Assembly (NCBI GenBank): GCA_018606645.1
Contig: JAGVRI010000003.1
Location: 27,322 to 91,321 of the forward strand
Origin: Chloroflexota bacterium
Lineage (GTDB): Bacteria; Chloroflexota; Anaerolineae; JAAYZQ01
DNA length: 64,000 nt
Direction of reading: 5' to 3'
In this document: positions 56,115 through 64,000 of the stretch, one piece after another
Numbering within the stretch: the first letter of the stretch is position 1
Layout: every line of letters starts with the position of its first letter
Notes under the pieces: generated by a model
Seen by the model: the letters and a program-made list of their open reading frames with translations, nothing else
Told to the model about the DNA's origin: nothing
Database searches by the model: none
Made by a program: the position numbers and the translations under genes

Positions 56115-57431
56115 CTACACCACCTGCCGAATCTGAATTCGTTCGATCTTGGGCCCCTTCATCTGGGAGACACCAAGTTCCAGGTCTCCCAGACGAAGGG
56201 TGTCCCCCACCTCCGGGATTCGCTGGAGATGGAAGAGGATCAGGCCAGCGACCGTCTCGTATTCCTCGCCTTCCGGTAGGTTGAGGTGGAGTTGATCGTT
56301 GACTTCATCTACCCGAAGTTGAGCATCGATTTCCACCGTGTGCTCGTTGATCCGGACGACGGGTTCTTCTCCGACGAATAGTTCATCGCTTAGCCGTCCG
56401 ACAATCTCCTCCACTAGCTCCTCCAGGGTCACGATCCCTGCTGTGCCGCCATATTCGTCAATGACAATCGCCATCTGGTTGTGGCTGGCTCGCATGTCGG
56501 CCAACAGGTCGCTCACCGCTACCGTCTCGGGGACAAAGTGGGCTGGCCTGGCCAAGGACCGGATGGGGGTGTCCATGTGGACGGGGTCTTGAGCCAGAGC
56601 GCGCAGCACATCTTTGATGGCTACGATGCCCACGATGTTGTCCAGGTTCTCCTCATATACCGGAAACCGGGCATGGCTGGATTCGGCGAACAGACTGAGA
56701 AGGTCGCGGATGGTAGCGTTGGCCTCTACCCCGATGACATCGGGGCGGGGGATCATGACTTCGTAAACCTGTCGTTCGCCAAATTCAAACACCTTTTGGA
56801 GCATCTCCTCCTGCTGAGCCTCGAGAGCCCCGAACTGTTGGGCTTCGCGCATCAGGATTTTCAGTTCCTCGACGGAATGGACCTGCTGATGCCCCCTCAC
56901 CGTCTGCAGTCCTAATAACTTCAGCAGTCCGTTGCCGGTGCCATTGAGCAGCCAGATGGCGGGGCGGAACAACGTTTCAGCCAGGAGGATAGGCCGGGAG
57001 ACAGCCAGGCTGGCCTGCTCCGGGTACTGCAGGGCCACCGACTTGGGAGCCAGTTCTCCCAATACGACGTGCAGGAAAGTGATCAGGGCAAAGGCTGCAC
57101 CAGCCGCGACCGAGTGTACGAGCGCCTCGTCCCATGGAGCCGGGATGGCCTTGAGCAAGGGCGCGAGCAGGCCGGCAAACGTCGGCTCCCCCACCCATCC
57201 CAGGCCGAGGCTGGCCAGGGTGATGCCCAGTTGGGTGGCGGCGATGAATCGGTCTGGGTCGCTGATGGCTTTTCGGACGGTTCGCGCCCCGGGGTGACCT
57301 TGGGCGATCAGTTCGTCGATCCGACTGCGGCGCACGCTGACCAGCGCGAATTCGGCCACGACAAAAAAGCCGTTCAGCGCCACCAGGGCGAAAGCGATCG
57401 CAAGTCGCAGAAGCGCCAAACTTATGGGCAT
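56115..57431 (-). CDS. HlyC/CorC (CNNM) family transporter
   Basis: DUF21 TM domain, tandem CBS and CorC_HlyC C-terminal domain. Confidence 0.85.
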   Translation of the reverse strand: MPISLALLRLAIAFALVALNGFFVVAEFALVSVRRSRIDELIAQGHPGARTVRKAISDPDRFIAATQLGITLASLGLGWVGEPTFAGLLAPLLKAIPAPWDEALVHSVAAGAAFALITFLHVVLGELAPKSVALQYPEQASLAVSRPILLAETLFRPAIWLLNGTGNGLLKLLGLQTVRGHQQVHSVEELKILMREAQQFGALEAQQEEMLQKVFEFGERQVYEVMIPRPDVIGVEANATIRDLLSLFAESSHARFPVYEENLDNIVGIVAIKDVLRALAQDPVHMDTPIRSLARPAHFVPETVAVSDLLADMRASHNQMAIVIDEYGGTAGIVTLEELVEEIVGRLSDELFVGEEPVVRINEHTVEIDAQLRVDEVNDQLHLNLPEGEEYETVAGLILFHLQRIPEVGDTLRLGDLELGVSQMKGPKIERIQIRQVV

Positions 57432-57449
57432 TGGCCTCGTTCCTCACTT

Positions 57450-58007
57450 TCAATTGGCAACGGTTCGCTGAGCCATGATCCGCTGCAACGCCTGGACATA
57501 GATGGCGTACGCCCGTTGTCCATACAGCACAAATCGCACCAGTTGGATGCCGTCCTGTTGATGCTCAAGGAAGTTGATCACCGTCTGCAGAGCGATGGGT
57601 GCGGCTTCTTCCATCGGATAGCCGTACGCTCCGGTGCTGATCGAGGGGAAGGCGATACTTTTCACGCCGTGCTCGGTCGCCACCTCAAGGCTGCGACGAT
57701 AGGCGCTGGCCAACAACTGCGCGGCTTTGGTTGGGCCTTCCCGTCTGTAGACCGGCCCGACGGCATGGATGACATACCTGGCGCGGAGCCGGCCTCCGGT
57801 GGTGATCTTGGCATCGCCAGTAGCGCACCCTCCCAGCTTGCGACATTCCTCCAGGATGGCCGGGCCTCCCGCGCGGTGGATGGCGCCGTCCACTCCTCCG
57901 CCACCCAACAGCGAGGGGTTGGCTGCATTGACGATGGCTTCCGTATCCTGTTGGGTGATGTCGCCTTCTACCAATTCTAAGGTGGCCTGTCCGATCTGAA
58001 TCTGCAT
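57450..58007 (-). CDS. macro domain protein (O-acetyl-ADP-ribose deacetylase-like)
   Basis: IVNAANPSLLGGGGVDGAIHRAGG macro-domain motif. Confidence 0.85.
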   Translation of the reverse strand: MQIQIGQATLELVEGDITQQDTEAIVNAANPSLLGGGGVDGAIHRAGGPAILEECRKLGGCATGDAKITTGGRLRARYVIHAVGPVYRREGPTKAAQLLASAYRRSLEVATEHGVKSIAFPSISTGAYGYPMEEAAPIALQTVINFLEHQQDGIQLVRFVLYGQRAYAIYVQALQRIMAQRTVAN

Positions 58008-58128
58008 CGCTGATCTCCTTCTCCCCGTGTTCTAGCCTACACAACTATGCTCCAAGAAGGTTATGTGGAAGTAAACCTGGGCGTGGTTTGAATTTGCCTC
58101 CTCTCGGAATCCAAGGTATAGTGGGGGT

Positions 58129-59241
58129 ATGGCAGCGCTGCAGAATATCATCCACCCGGACCATCTGGCGGCCATGGGCATGCGTCTTCTGGATTGGTAT
58201 GTGAGCCATGCCCGTGATCTCCCCTGGCGATCCACTCGGGACCCCTATGCCATTTGGGTGGCCGAGGTCATGTTGCAGCAAACTCGATCCGGTCTGGTTG
58301 TAGATCGCTTCCGGCAGTTTCTGCACCGTTTCCCCACTTTGCAGTCTCTGGCAGCGGCCTCCCTGGACGATGTGCTGAAAGCGTGGGAGGGATTGGGCTA
58401 CTACTCCCGCGCCCGAAACCTCCACGCTGCAGCGCGCCAGGTGGTCCAGGAGCTGGATGGACGGATACCGGAGACGCCTGAAGCGCTGATCCGTCTGCCG
58501 GGAGTGGGGCCCTACATCGCCGCAGCGATTGCCAGCATTGCGTTTGGACATGATGTCATCGCTCTGGACGGGAATCTCATCCGGGTTCTGTGTCGGCTCC
58601 TGGCCATTGACGAGGATCCCAGCCGGCCCAGGATCCAACGGTTTCTTCGCGAATGCGCCCTGGCCATGGTACCGCCTGGCCGGGCAGGGGATCTGAATCA
58701 GGCGATGATGGACCTGGGGGCCACTCTTTGCCTTCCGGCGCGTCCCCGCTGCCTGGTATGTCCGCTGTTCGATGGGTGTCTGGCCCAGCGACAAGGGATC
58801 CAGAACGAATTGCCGATTATCGCCACGCGGACTCGACAGGCGCATCGGGATGTAACGGCCGGGGTGATCTGGGATGGAAATGGCCGGTTCCTGATCACGC
58901 AGCGGCCGGCTGACGCCATGCTGGGTGGTCTGTGGGAGTTCCCGGGTGGCAAACGCTGTCCTGGGGAAGCGTTGCCGGCCTGTTTGCTCCGGGAGATCCG
59001 CGAGGAGTTGGGCATCGAGATCGAAGTCGGCGAGTTGCTGTGCACGATTGAGCATAGCTTTACCCATTTTCACATGACGCTCTATGCGTTCCAATGCCGA
59101 TGGTTGAGCGGCGAACCCCAGTGTCTGGGATGTGCTGCCTTGCGATGGGTCCGGCTTGATGAACTGGATGCGTTTGCCTTCCCTGTGGCTGACCAAAAGA
59201 TCATCAGTCACCTGCGAGCTCTGACGGGTGCGAGTGAATAA
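58129..59241 (+). CDS. mutY: A/G-specific adenine DNA glycosylase
   Basis: HhH-GPD, 4Fe-4S Cys cluster (CLPARPRCLVCPLFDGC), C-terminal NUDIX-like domain. Confidence 0.85.
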   Translation: MAALQNIIHPDHLAAMGMRLLDWYVSHARDLPWRSTRDPYAIWVAEVMLQQTRSGLVVDRFRQFLHRFPTLQSLAAASLDDVLKAWEGLGYYSRARNLHAAARQVVQELDGRIPETPEALIRLPGVGPYIAAAIASIAFGHDVIALDGNLIRVLCRLLAIDEDPSRPRIQRFLRECALAMVPPGRAGDLNQAMMDLGATLCLPARPRCLVCPLFDGCLAQRQGIQNELPIIATRTRQAHRDVTAGVIWDGNGRFLITQRPADAMLGGLWEFPGGKRCPGEALPACLLREIREELGIEIEVGELLCTIEHSFTHFHMTLYAFQCRWLSGEPQCLGCAALRWVRLDELDAFAFPVADQKIISHLRALTGASE

Positions 59242-59383
59242 GCTCAAGTCCCCCGGCAAGGTGCGGGTTCCCTCCCGATTGAGCCTGCGACTATTATACC
59301 AGTTTATGGCCGTGAATTCAAAAAGAATTCGGGCATTTTGGGCTGCTGGAGAGTGGCGGCAGCGGGTTCGCAACCTGGTGCGG

Positions 59384-60721
59384 ATGCCGAAAAGCGAGGC
59401 GTCGGTTCCTTTGGACGTCCTGCGTCTGGCCTTGCCGGCGACGGCCGAGCAGATGCTGAGCATGATGGTCGGCATCGTGGACACGTTTCTGGTCGGCCAT
59501 CTCGGCGCGGCCTCGTTGGCGGCAGTCGGTTTGGCCAGTCAGTGGATCTTTCTTGCCTATACCTTATTGGGCGCGACGGCCACTGGCTCCACCGCTCTGA
59601 TCGCCCGTTTCACCGGCGCCAAAGAGCGAGACCAGGCGAACCGGGTGGTGCGCCAGTCGGTGTGGTTGGGGGCTCTCATTGGGCTGGGATGCAGCTTGTT
59701 GGGTGTGGTGTTGGCCCGGCCGGCCGTGCTCCTTCTCGGAGCGGAAGCCGAAGTGGTGAGCCTGAGCACGTCGTATTTGAGGATCGTGGCCGGATTTTTG
59801 TTCTTCTCTTCGCTCATGTTCATTGGCAATGCCTGTCTGCGGGGGGCAGGTGACACCCGGACGCCACTCTATGTCATGCTGGTGGTGAACCTGGTGAACA
59901 TCTCGGTGGCGTGGACCACGATCAATGGTTTGTTGGGCCTGCCCAAATTGGGGGTTGTCGGCTCAGCCTTGGGTGCGGCTTCGGGACAACTGGTGGGAGG
60001 GCTCCTGGTTCTGCTCAGTCTGTGGAAAGGGCGATCCGGCATCGGGTTGAACCTGACTGGTTTCCGACCTGACTGGGGTTTGATCCGCCGCGTGTTGCGC
60101 ATTGGGTTGCCAACCGGGGTGGAACAGGTCTTTTTTCGCACGGGGAATATGGCCTATGTCCGTATCCTGGCTACCCTGGGGATTGCGGCCTATGCAGCCA
60201 ATCAGGTCGCCATCAACAGTTGGTCGTTGTCGTTCATGCCGGGCTTTGGCTTTGCCATCGCCGCCACGACACTGGTGGGCCAAAGCCTGGGGGCTCGGGA
60301 GCCGGATGAGGCGCAACGACGCGGATTCACCACGTACTGGATGGGCGCAGGGTTGATGGCACTGGTGGGTCTGAGCTTTGTCTTCTTTCCGACCCAGATC
60401 ATGGGGTTCTTTACGAACGACCACGAAGTGATCGACCTGGGAGCGCTCCCGCTGCGGATTATGGGCGTGTTTCAACCGATTCTCGCGGCGAGTATGATCT
60501 TCACTGGAGGGTTGCGCGGTGCCGGGGACACCCGCTATCCGATGGTGGTGACGGCCGGCGGTATCTGGTTGGTGCGCCTGCCGCTGGCGTATCTATTCGC
60601 CATCGGGTTAGGTTGGGGGTTGACCGGGGCCTGGAGCGCCATGGCCATCGATCTCACGATTCGCGCCGTCCTCAATTTTCTGCGCTTCCGCAGCGGAAAG
60701 TGGAAGGCGATCGCGGTTTGA
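59384..60721 (+). CDS. MATE family efflux transporter
   Basis: 12 TM, MatE repeats; start chosen at MPKSEAS. Confidence 0.8.
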   Translation: MPKSEASVPLDVLRLALPATAEQMLSMMVGIVDTFLVGHLGAASLAAVGLASQWIFLAYTLLGATATGSTALIARFTGAKERDQANRVVRQSVWLGALIGLGCSLLGVVLARPAVLLLGAEAEVVSLSTSYLRIVAGFLFFSSLMFIGNACLRGAGDTRTPLYVMLVVNLVNISVAWTTINGLLGLPKLGVVGSALGAASGQLVGGLLVLLSLWKGRSGIGLNLTGFRPDWGLIRRVLRIGLPTGVEQVFFRTGNMAYVRILATLGIAAYAANQVAINSWSLSFMPGFGFAIAATTLVGQSLGAREPDEAQRRGFTTYWMGAGLMALVGLSFVFFPTQIMGFFTNDHEVIDLGALPLRIMGVFQPILAASMIFTGGLRGAGDTRYPMVVTAGGIWLVRLPLAYLFAIGLGWGLTGAWSAMAIDLTIRAVLNFLRFRSGKWKAIAV

Positions 60722-60755
60722 CCGTTTTCAGGTGGTTTTCACGCCAAGGGAATTC

Positions 60756-61790
60756 TTACATGCCGATGCCATCAATGACGGTTCCACAAAAGGCGCAATG
60801 ACCGTTTTGCGTGTGGCGTTGGGTCACCTGGAATCCCCATCGGCCAATCACTGTCTGATGACAATTGGGACATCGGGTATCCTCCAGGCGGGCGCTGGGC
60901 AGGTTCCCGACGTAGACATACCGAAGGCCGGCTTCGCACCCCAGTTCGTAAGCGCGGCGCAGGGTCTCTGGCGGCGTTGGTCCTCGATCAAGCATCTGAT
61001 AATCGGGATGGAAGCGGCTGACATGCCATGGTGTTTCGACGCCTAACTCGGTGGCGATAAAGGTAGCAATGTCCCGCAGTTCCTTCTCCGAATCGTTCAT
61101 GCCAGGCACCACGAGAGTGGTCACCTCGACCCACACCCCCAGTTCTTTCATCGCCTTGAGAGAATCCAGGACCGGTTGCAGGCGGGCCTTGCACACCTGG
61201 CGGTACGTCTCGTCGCGGAATGCTTTGAGGTCCACGTTCGCTGCGTCCAGCCATGGCTCATGGCCATCGCTCAGGCCTTGGAACAGCTCCAGCATTTCGC
61301 GGGTCATATAGCCGTTCGTCACATACACATTGCCAATCCCGACCTGGTGGGCCAGTCGAGAGATGTCGTAGCTATATTCGAAAAAGATGGTAGGTTCGGT
61401 GTAGGTGTAAGAGATGGACCGGCAGTGATAGCGCTGAGCGGTACGGACGACCTCCTCCGGCGCAACGGACCGGCCCAGAATCTGGCCCCGGTCGCGCGGC
61501 ATTTGGGAGATGTCGGCGTTCTGACAAAAGGCACAGCGAAAGTTGCAGCCTGCGGTAGCGATGGAAAAGGCCGAGCTGCCCGGATAAAAGTGGAACAGAG
61601 GTTTCTTCTCGATGGGGTCCACTGCCTGGGAGAGAGGCAGGCCGTAGACCAGGGAGTAGAGAACGCCGTCGCGATTCTCGCGAACCAGGCATACCCCCTT
61701 GTGTCCAGGCGCAATGAGACAGCGATGAGCGCACAGGTTGCAGCGCACCCGTTGGTTGTCCAGCTTTTCATACAACAGGGCTTCCTTCAT
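60756..61790 (-). CDS. AmmeMemoRadiSam-system-type radical SAM enzyme (AmrS-like)
   Basis: N-terminal Cys/His ribbon CNLCAHRC...GVC, radical SAM CNFRCAFCQN, C-terminal CPNC...CAFC; PFL-activase-related. Confidence 0.7.
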   Translation of the reverse strand: MKEALLYEKLDNQRVRCNLCAHRCLIAPGHKGVCLVRENRDGVLYSLVYGLPLSQAVDPIEKKPLFHFYPGSSAFSIATAGCNFRCAFCQNADISQMPRDRGQILGRSVAPEEVVRTAQRYHCRSISYTYTEPTIFFEYSYDISRLAHQVGIGNVYVTNGYMTREMLELFQGLSDGHEPWLDAANVDLKAFRDETYRQVCKARLQPVLDSLKAMKELGVWVEVTTLVVPGMNDSEKELRDIATFIATELGVETPWHVSRFHPDYQMLDRGPTPPETLRRAYELGCEAGLRYVYVGNLPSARLEDTRCPNCHQTVIGRWGFQVTQRHTQNGHCAFCGTVIDGIGM

Positions 61791-61803
61791 CTTGTGGTCC
61801 CTT

Positions 61804-62577
61804 CTAGTGGCCATCCAGCTTTAGGGAGGCAAGGATCGCCTCCAGCGAACGGCGGAATGGTGCCTCGGCAGGTAGTTGGACGATCGGCTTGCCCTCAGCG
61901 TCAAATTCGCCCACCGTGGGGTCGAAGGGGAGCACGCCGAGCAGTTGAAGTCGGTGTTCCTCTATCGTACGCAGCACGGTGTCGGGCAGGGTTTGGCCAT
62001 TGACGCGATTGACGATGAGGTAGACAGCTCCCACCGCGGTCCTGAGTTCGTTCACCAACTCGGCCACGCGGCTGGCGGCGAGGATGCCCCGCAAGGTCGG
62101 ATCCGAAACGACCAACAAAATATCCACATCGCGGGTGGTGCGCCGGCTGAGATGCTCCAATCCGGCTTCGTTGTCAATGACTACCCAGTCGTACGCATTG
62201 GAGAGTCGATCGATCGATGAACGAAGGATGTTGTTGGCCGCGCAATAGCAGCCGGGGCCTTCCGGCCGGCCCATGGCCAGCAGATCAAAGCCAGGTTGCT
62301 CGACGAGGGCTTCATTGATGCGCAAATCGAGATAATCCCACTTGCTCATGCCCCCCAAGGGGCGGCCCGAGCTGGCGATGGTGGCGGTTTCCTCGCGCAC
62401 ATCGCCTATCGTTTCTGTGAGAGGTACACCGAGCGCCAGGTTCAGGTTGGTGCTGGGATCGGCATCGATGGCGAGCACGGTCCCCTTTTTGTTTCTCACC
62501 AGATAGTCAATGGTGAGGGCTGCGATGCTTGTTTTTCCTGTCCCTCCCTTGCCGGCCACCGCGATTGTTTTGGTCAC
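61804..62577 (-). CDS. CooC-like P-loop ATPase (MinD/ParA superfamily)
   Basis: IAVAGKGGTGKTS Walker A, DADP motif, CxC (GCYCAAN) typical of CooC-type metal-insertion ATPases. Confidence 0.65.
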   Translation of the reverse strand: MTKTIAVAGKGGTGKTSIAALTIDYLVRNKKGTVLAIDADPSTNLNLALGVPLTETIGDVREETATIASSGRPLGGMSKWDYLDLRINEALVEQPGFDLLAMGRPEGPGCYCAANNILRSSIDRLSNAYDWVVIDNEAGLEHLSRRTTRDVDILLVVSDPTLRGILAASRVAELVNELRTAVGAVYLIVNRVNGQTLPDTVLRTIEEHRLQLLGVLPFDPTVGEFDAEGKPIVQLPAEAPFRRSLEAILASLKLDGH

Positions 62578-62822
62578 GACTCACTCCCGGTTTTGAACTA
62601 ATCCTACCAAAAGAAATGGTAACATAGAGGATGGTCCCTGTCAAATAGGTTTGTTGCCGGGGCAGACAACTCTTCAGAAGGCTTGACTGTCAAGAAATTT
62701 GGTTGGCCTCTTTTTGCGTGGTATAATGTAAGCTGGTGTGAGTGGATTCGGCTGGATCAAGGGATGTGAAAGAGATAGGGCGATCATCGTCTGGAAGAAA
62801 ACGGGATTCAGGACAGGTTTCA

Positions 62823-64000
62823 ATGCTGAAGGGTTTGCTTAGCAAGGTAGTGGGTGATCCGAACGAGCGGGAGATCCAGAAGCTTCGGCCTCTGGTGGAG
62901 GCGATCAATGCGCTGGAGCCAGAGATGGAGCGGCGCACAGATGCGCAGCTCCGGAGCCTGACCGATCAGTTCCGCCGGCGGTTGGCTTCGGGAGAGACGT
63001 TGGATCAGCTCCTGGTGGAAGCCTTTGCCGCGGTGCGCGAGGCCGCCAAACGGACGGTGGATATGCGGCCGTTTGATGTTCAGTTGATCGGCGGCATCGT
63101 GCTCCACCAGGGCAAAGTGGCCGAGATGAAGACGGGAGAAGGCAAGACCCTGGTCGCCACCATGCCGGTGTATCTGAATGCGTTGCTGGGGCGCGGTGTG
63201 CATCTGGTGACGGTGAATGACTACCTGGCTCGCCGCGACGCCCTGTGGATGGGGCCCATCTACCATTTGCTGGGACTGACGGTGGGCTTGCTTCAGTCGG
63301 GCGAGGATCAACCCGCCTATCTGTACGATCCGGAATATCAGCGCGATCCCTATCCGGGGTTGCGTCCGGTGCCTCGTCGGGTGGCCTATGCGGCCGACGT
63401 CACGTATGGAACGAACAACGAGTTCGGTTTCGACTACCTGCGCGACAATCTGGCCCTCTCGCTGGAGCAGCGGGTCCAGCGTTCGCTCTATTACGCCATT
63501 GTGGATGAGGTAGACAATATCTTTATTGACGAGGCCCGCACGCCGCTGATCATTTCGGGCCCTTCCAGTGAACCGGTCGAAGAGTATAGCCGATTTGCAG
63601 CCATTGCCCGCAAGTTGGAAGCTGGCGTCCACTATGAACTGGATGAGAAAGAGCGGACCGTCTTTCTGACTGACGAAGGCCTGGCGGTGGTAGAGCAAGA
63701 GACCGGGATCGAGAACATCTACGATGAGGCCAACTACCGCTATGTTCACTTTATGGAACAGGCGCTCAAGGCCCAGGTCCTCTTCCAGGAAGGCCGGGAC
63801 TATATCCGGCAACGCAAGCAGATCATCCTGATCGATCCCCACACCGGACGCCTCATGCCCGATCGACGCCTCAGCGAAGGACTCCACCAGGCGATTGAGG
63901 CCAAGGAGGGGGTGCCGATTCGGCCTCGTGATGTGACGTCGGCGACCATTACCATCCAGAACTATTTCCGGATGTACGAGAAACTGGCCGGGATGAGCGG
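62823..64000 (+). CDS. secA: preprotein translocase ATPase SecA (3'-truncated at window end)
   Basis: MLKGLLSKV..., Walker [13 protein letters not shown]-like motor; runs off the window end. Confidence 0.9.
   Translation, partial: MLKGLLSKVVGDPNEREIQKLRPLVEAINALEPEMERRTDAQLRSLTDQFRRRLASGETLDQLLVEAFAAVREAAKRTVDMRPFDVQLIGGIVLHQGKVAEMKTGEGKTLVATMPVYLNALLGRGVHLVTVNDYLARRDALWMGPIYHLLGLTVGLLQSGEDQPAYLYDPEYQRDPYPGLRPVPRRVAYAADVTYGTNNEFGFDYLRDNLALSLEQRVQRSLYYAIVDEVDNIFIDEARTPLIISGPSSEPVEEYSRFAAIARKLEAGVHYELDEKERTVFLTDEGLAVVEQETGIENIYDEANYRYVHFMEQALKAQVLFQEGRDYIRQRKQIILIDPHTGRLMPDRRLSEGLHQAIEAKEGVPIRPRDVTSATITIQNYFRMYEKLAGMS

Noticed and set aside
1-64000. Mobile genetic element or prophage boundaries (integrase, transposase, tRNA attachment site)
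   Set aside because: No integrase, transposase, RAYT or tRNA-like sequence recognised. The tad island and repeats are not flanked by identifiable mobility genes within this window.

Overview
High-GC bacterial chromosomal segment, most likely from a monoderm Chloroflexota-type organism; the taxonomic call is inference from gene content. Genes are densely packed on both strands. Housekeeping content: CoA biosynthesis (coaX, coaBC), NAD kinase, exonuclease VII (xseAB), folC, efp, hpf, mutY and secA. Accessory content: (1) a complete Tad/Flp pilus island at ~35.3-49.6 kb with no secretin, its own DegS/DegU-like two-component system, a consensus-promoter flp pilin gene with an intrinsic terminator, two TadE-like and one TadG-like pseudopilin, a giant Kelch + DUF11 surface protein, and cpaB, cpaE/tadZ, cpaF, tadB and tadC. 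(2) A polyprenol-phosphate-mannose synthase (GT2) followed by five paralogous GT-C-type polytopic membrane proteins (25.6-35.0 kb), which looks like a surface mannan or lipoglycan or protein-mannosylation cluster. (3) A eukaryotic-type topoisomerase IB translationally coupled to glycerate-pathway genes. (4) An orphan AmmeMemoRadiSam-type radical SAM enzyme next to a CooC-like ATPase. The most unusual sequence-level feature is a dispersed family of ~44-bp palindromic (hairpin) elements in at least 9 copies. Three copies are >97% identical, one locus has a 2.7x tandem expansion, and one copy sits in frame inside a large membrane-protein gene (RPE-like). These elements co-occur with G-rich G-quadruplex-like / C-rich palindromic motifs and with a second ~120-bp repeat whose two direct copies bracket the TCS+flp module of the pilus island. 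No CRISPR array, tRNA/rRNA gene, transposase or integrase was recognised. Many long ORFs antisense to recognisable genes are high-GC artefacts.
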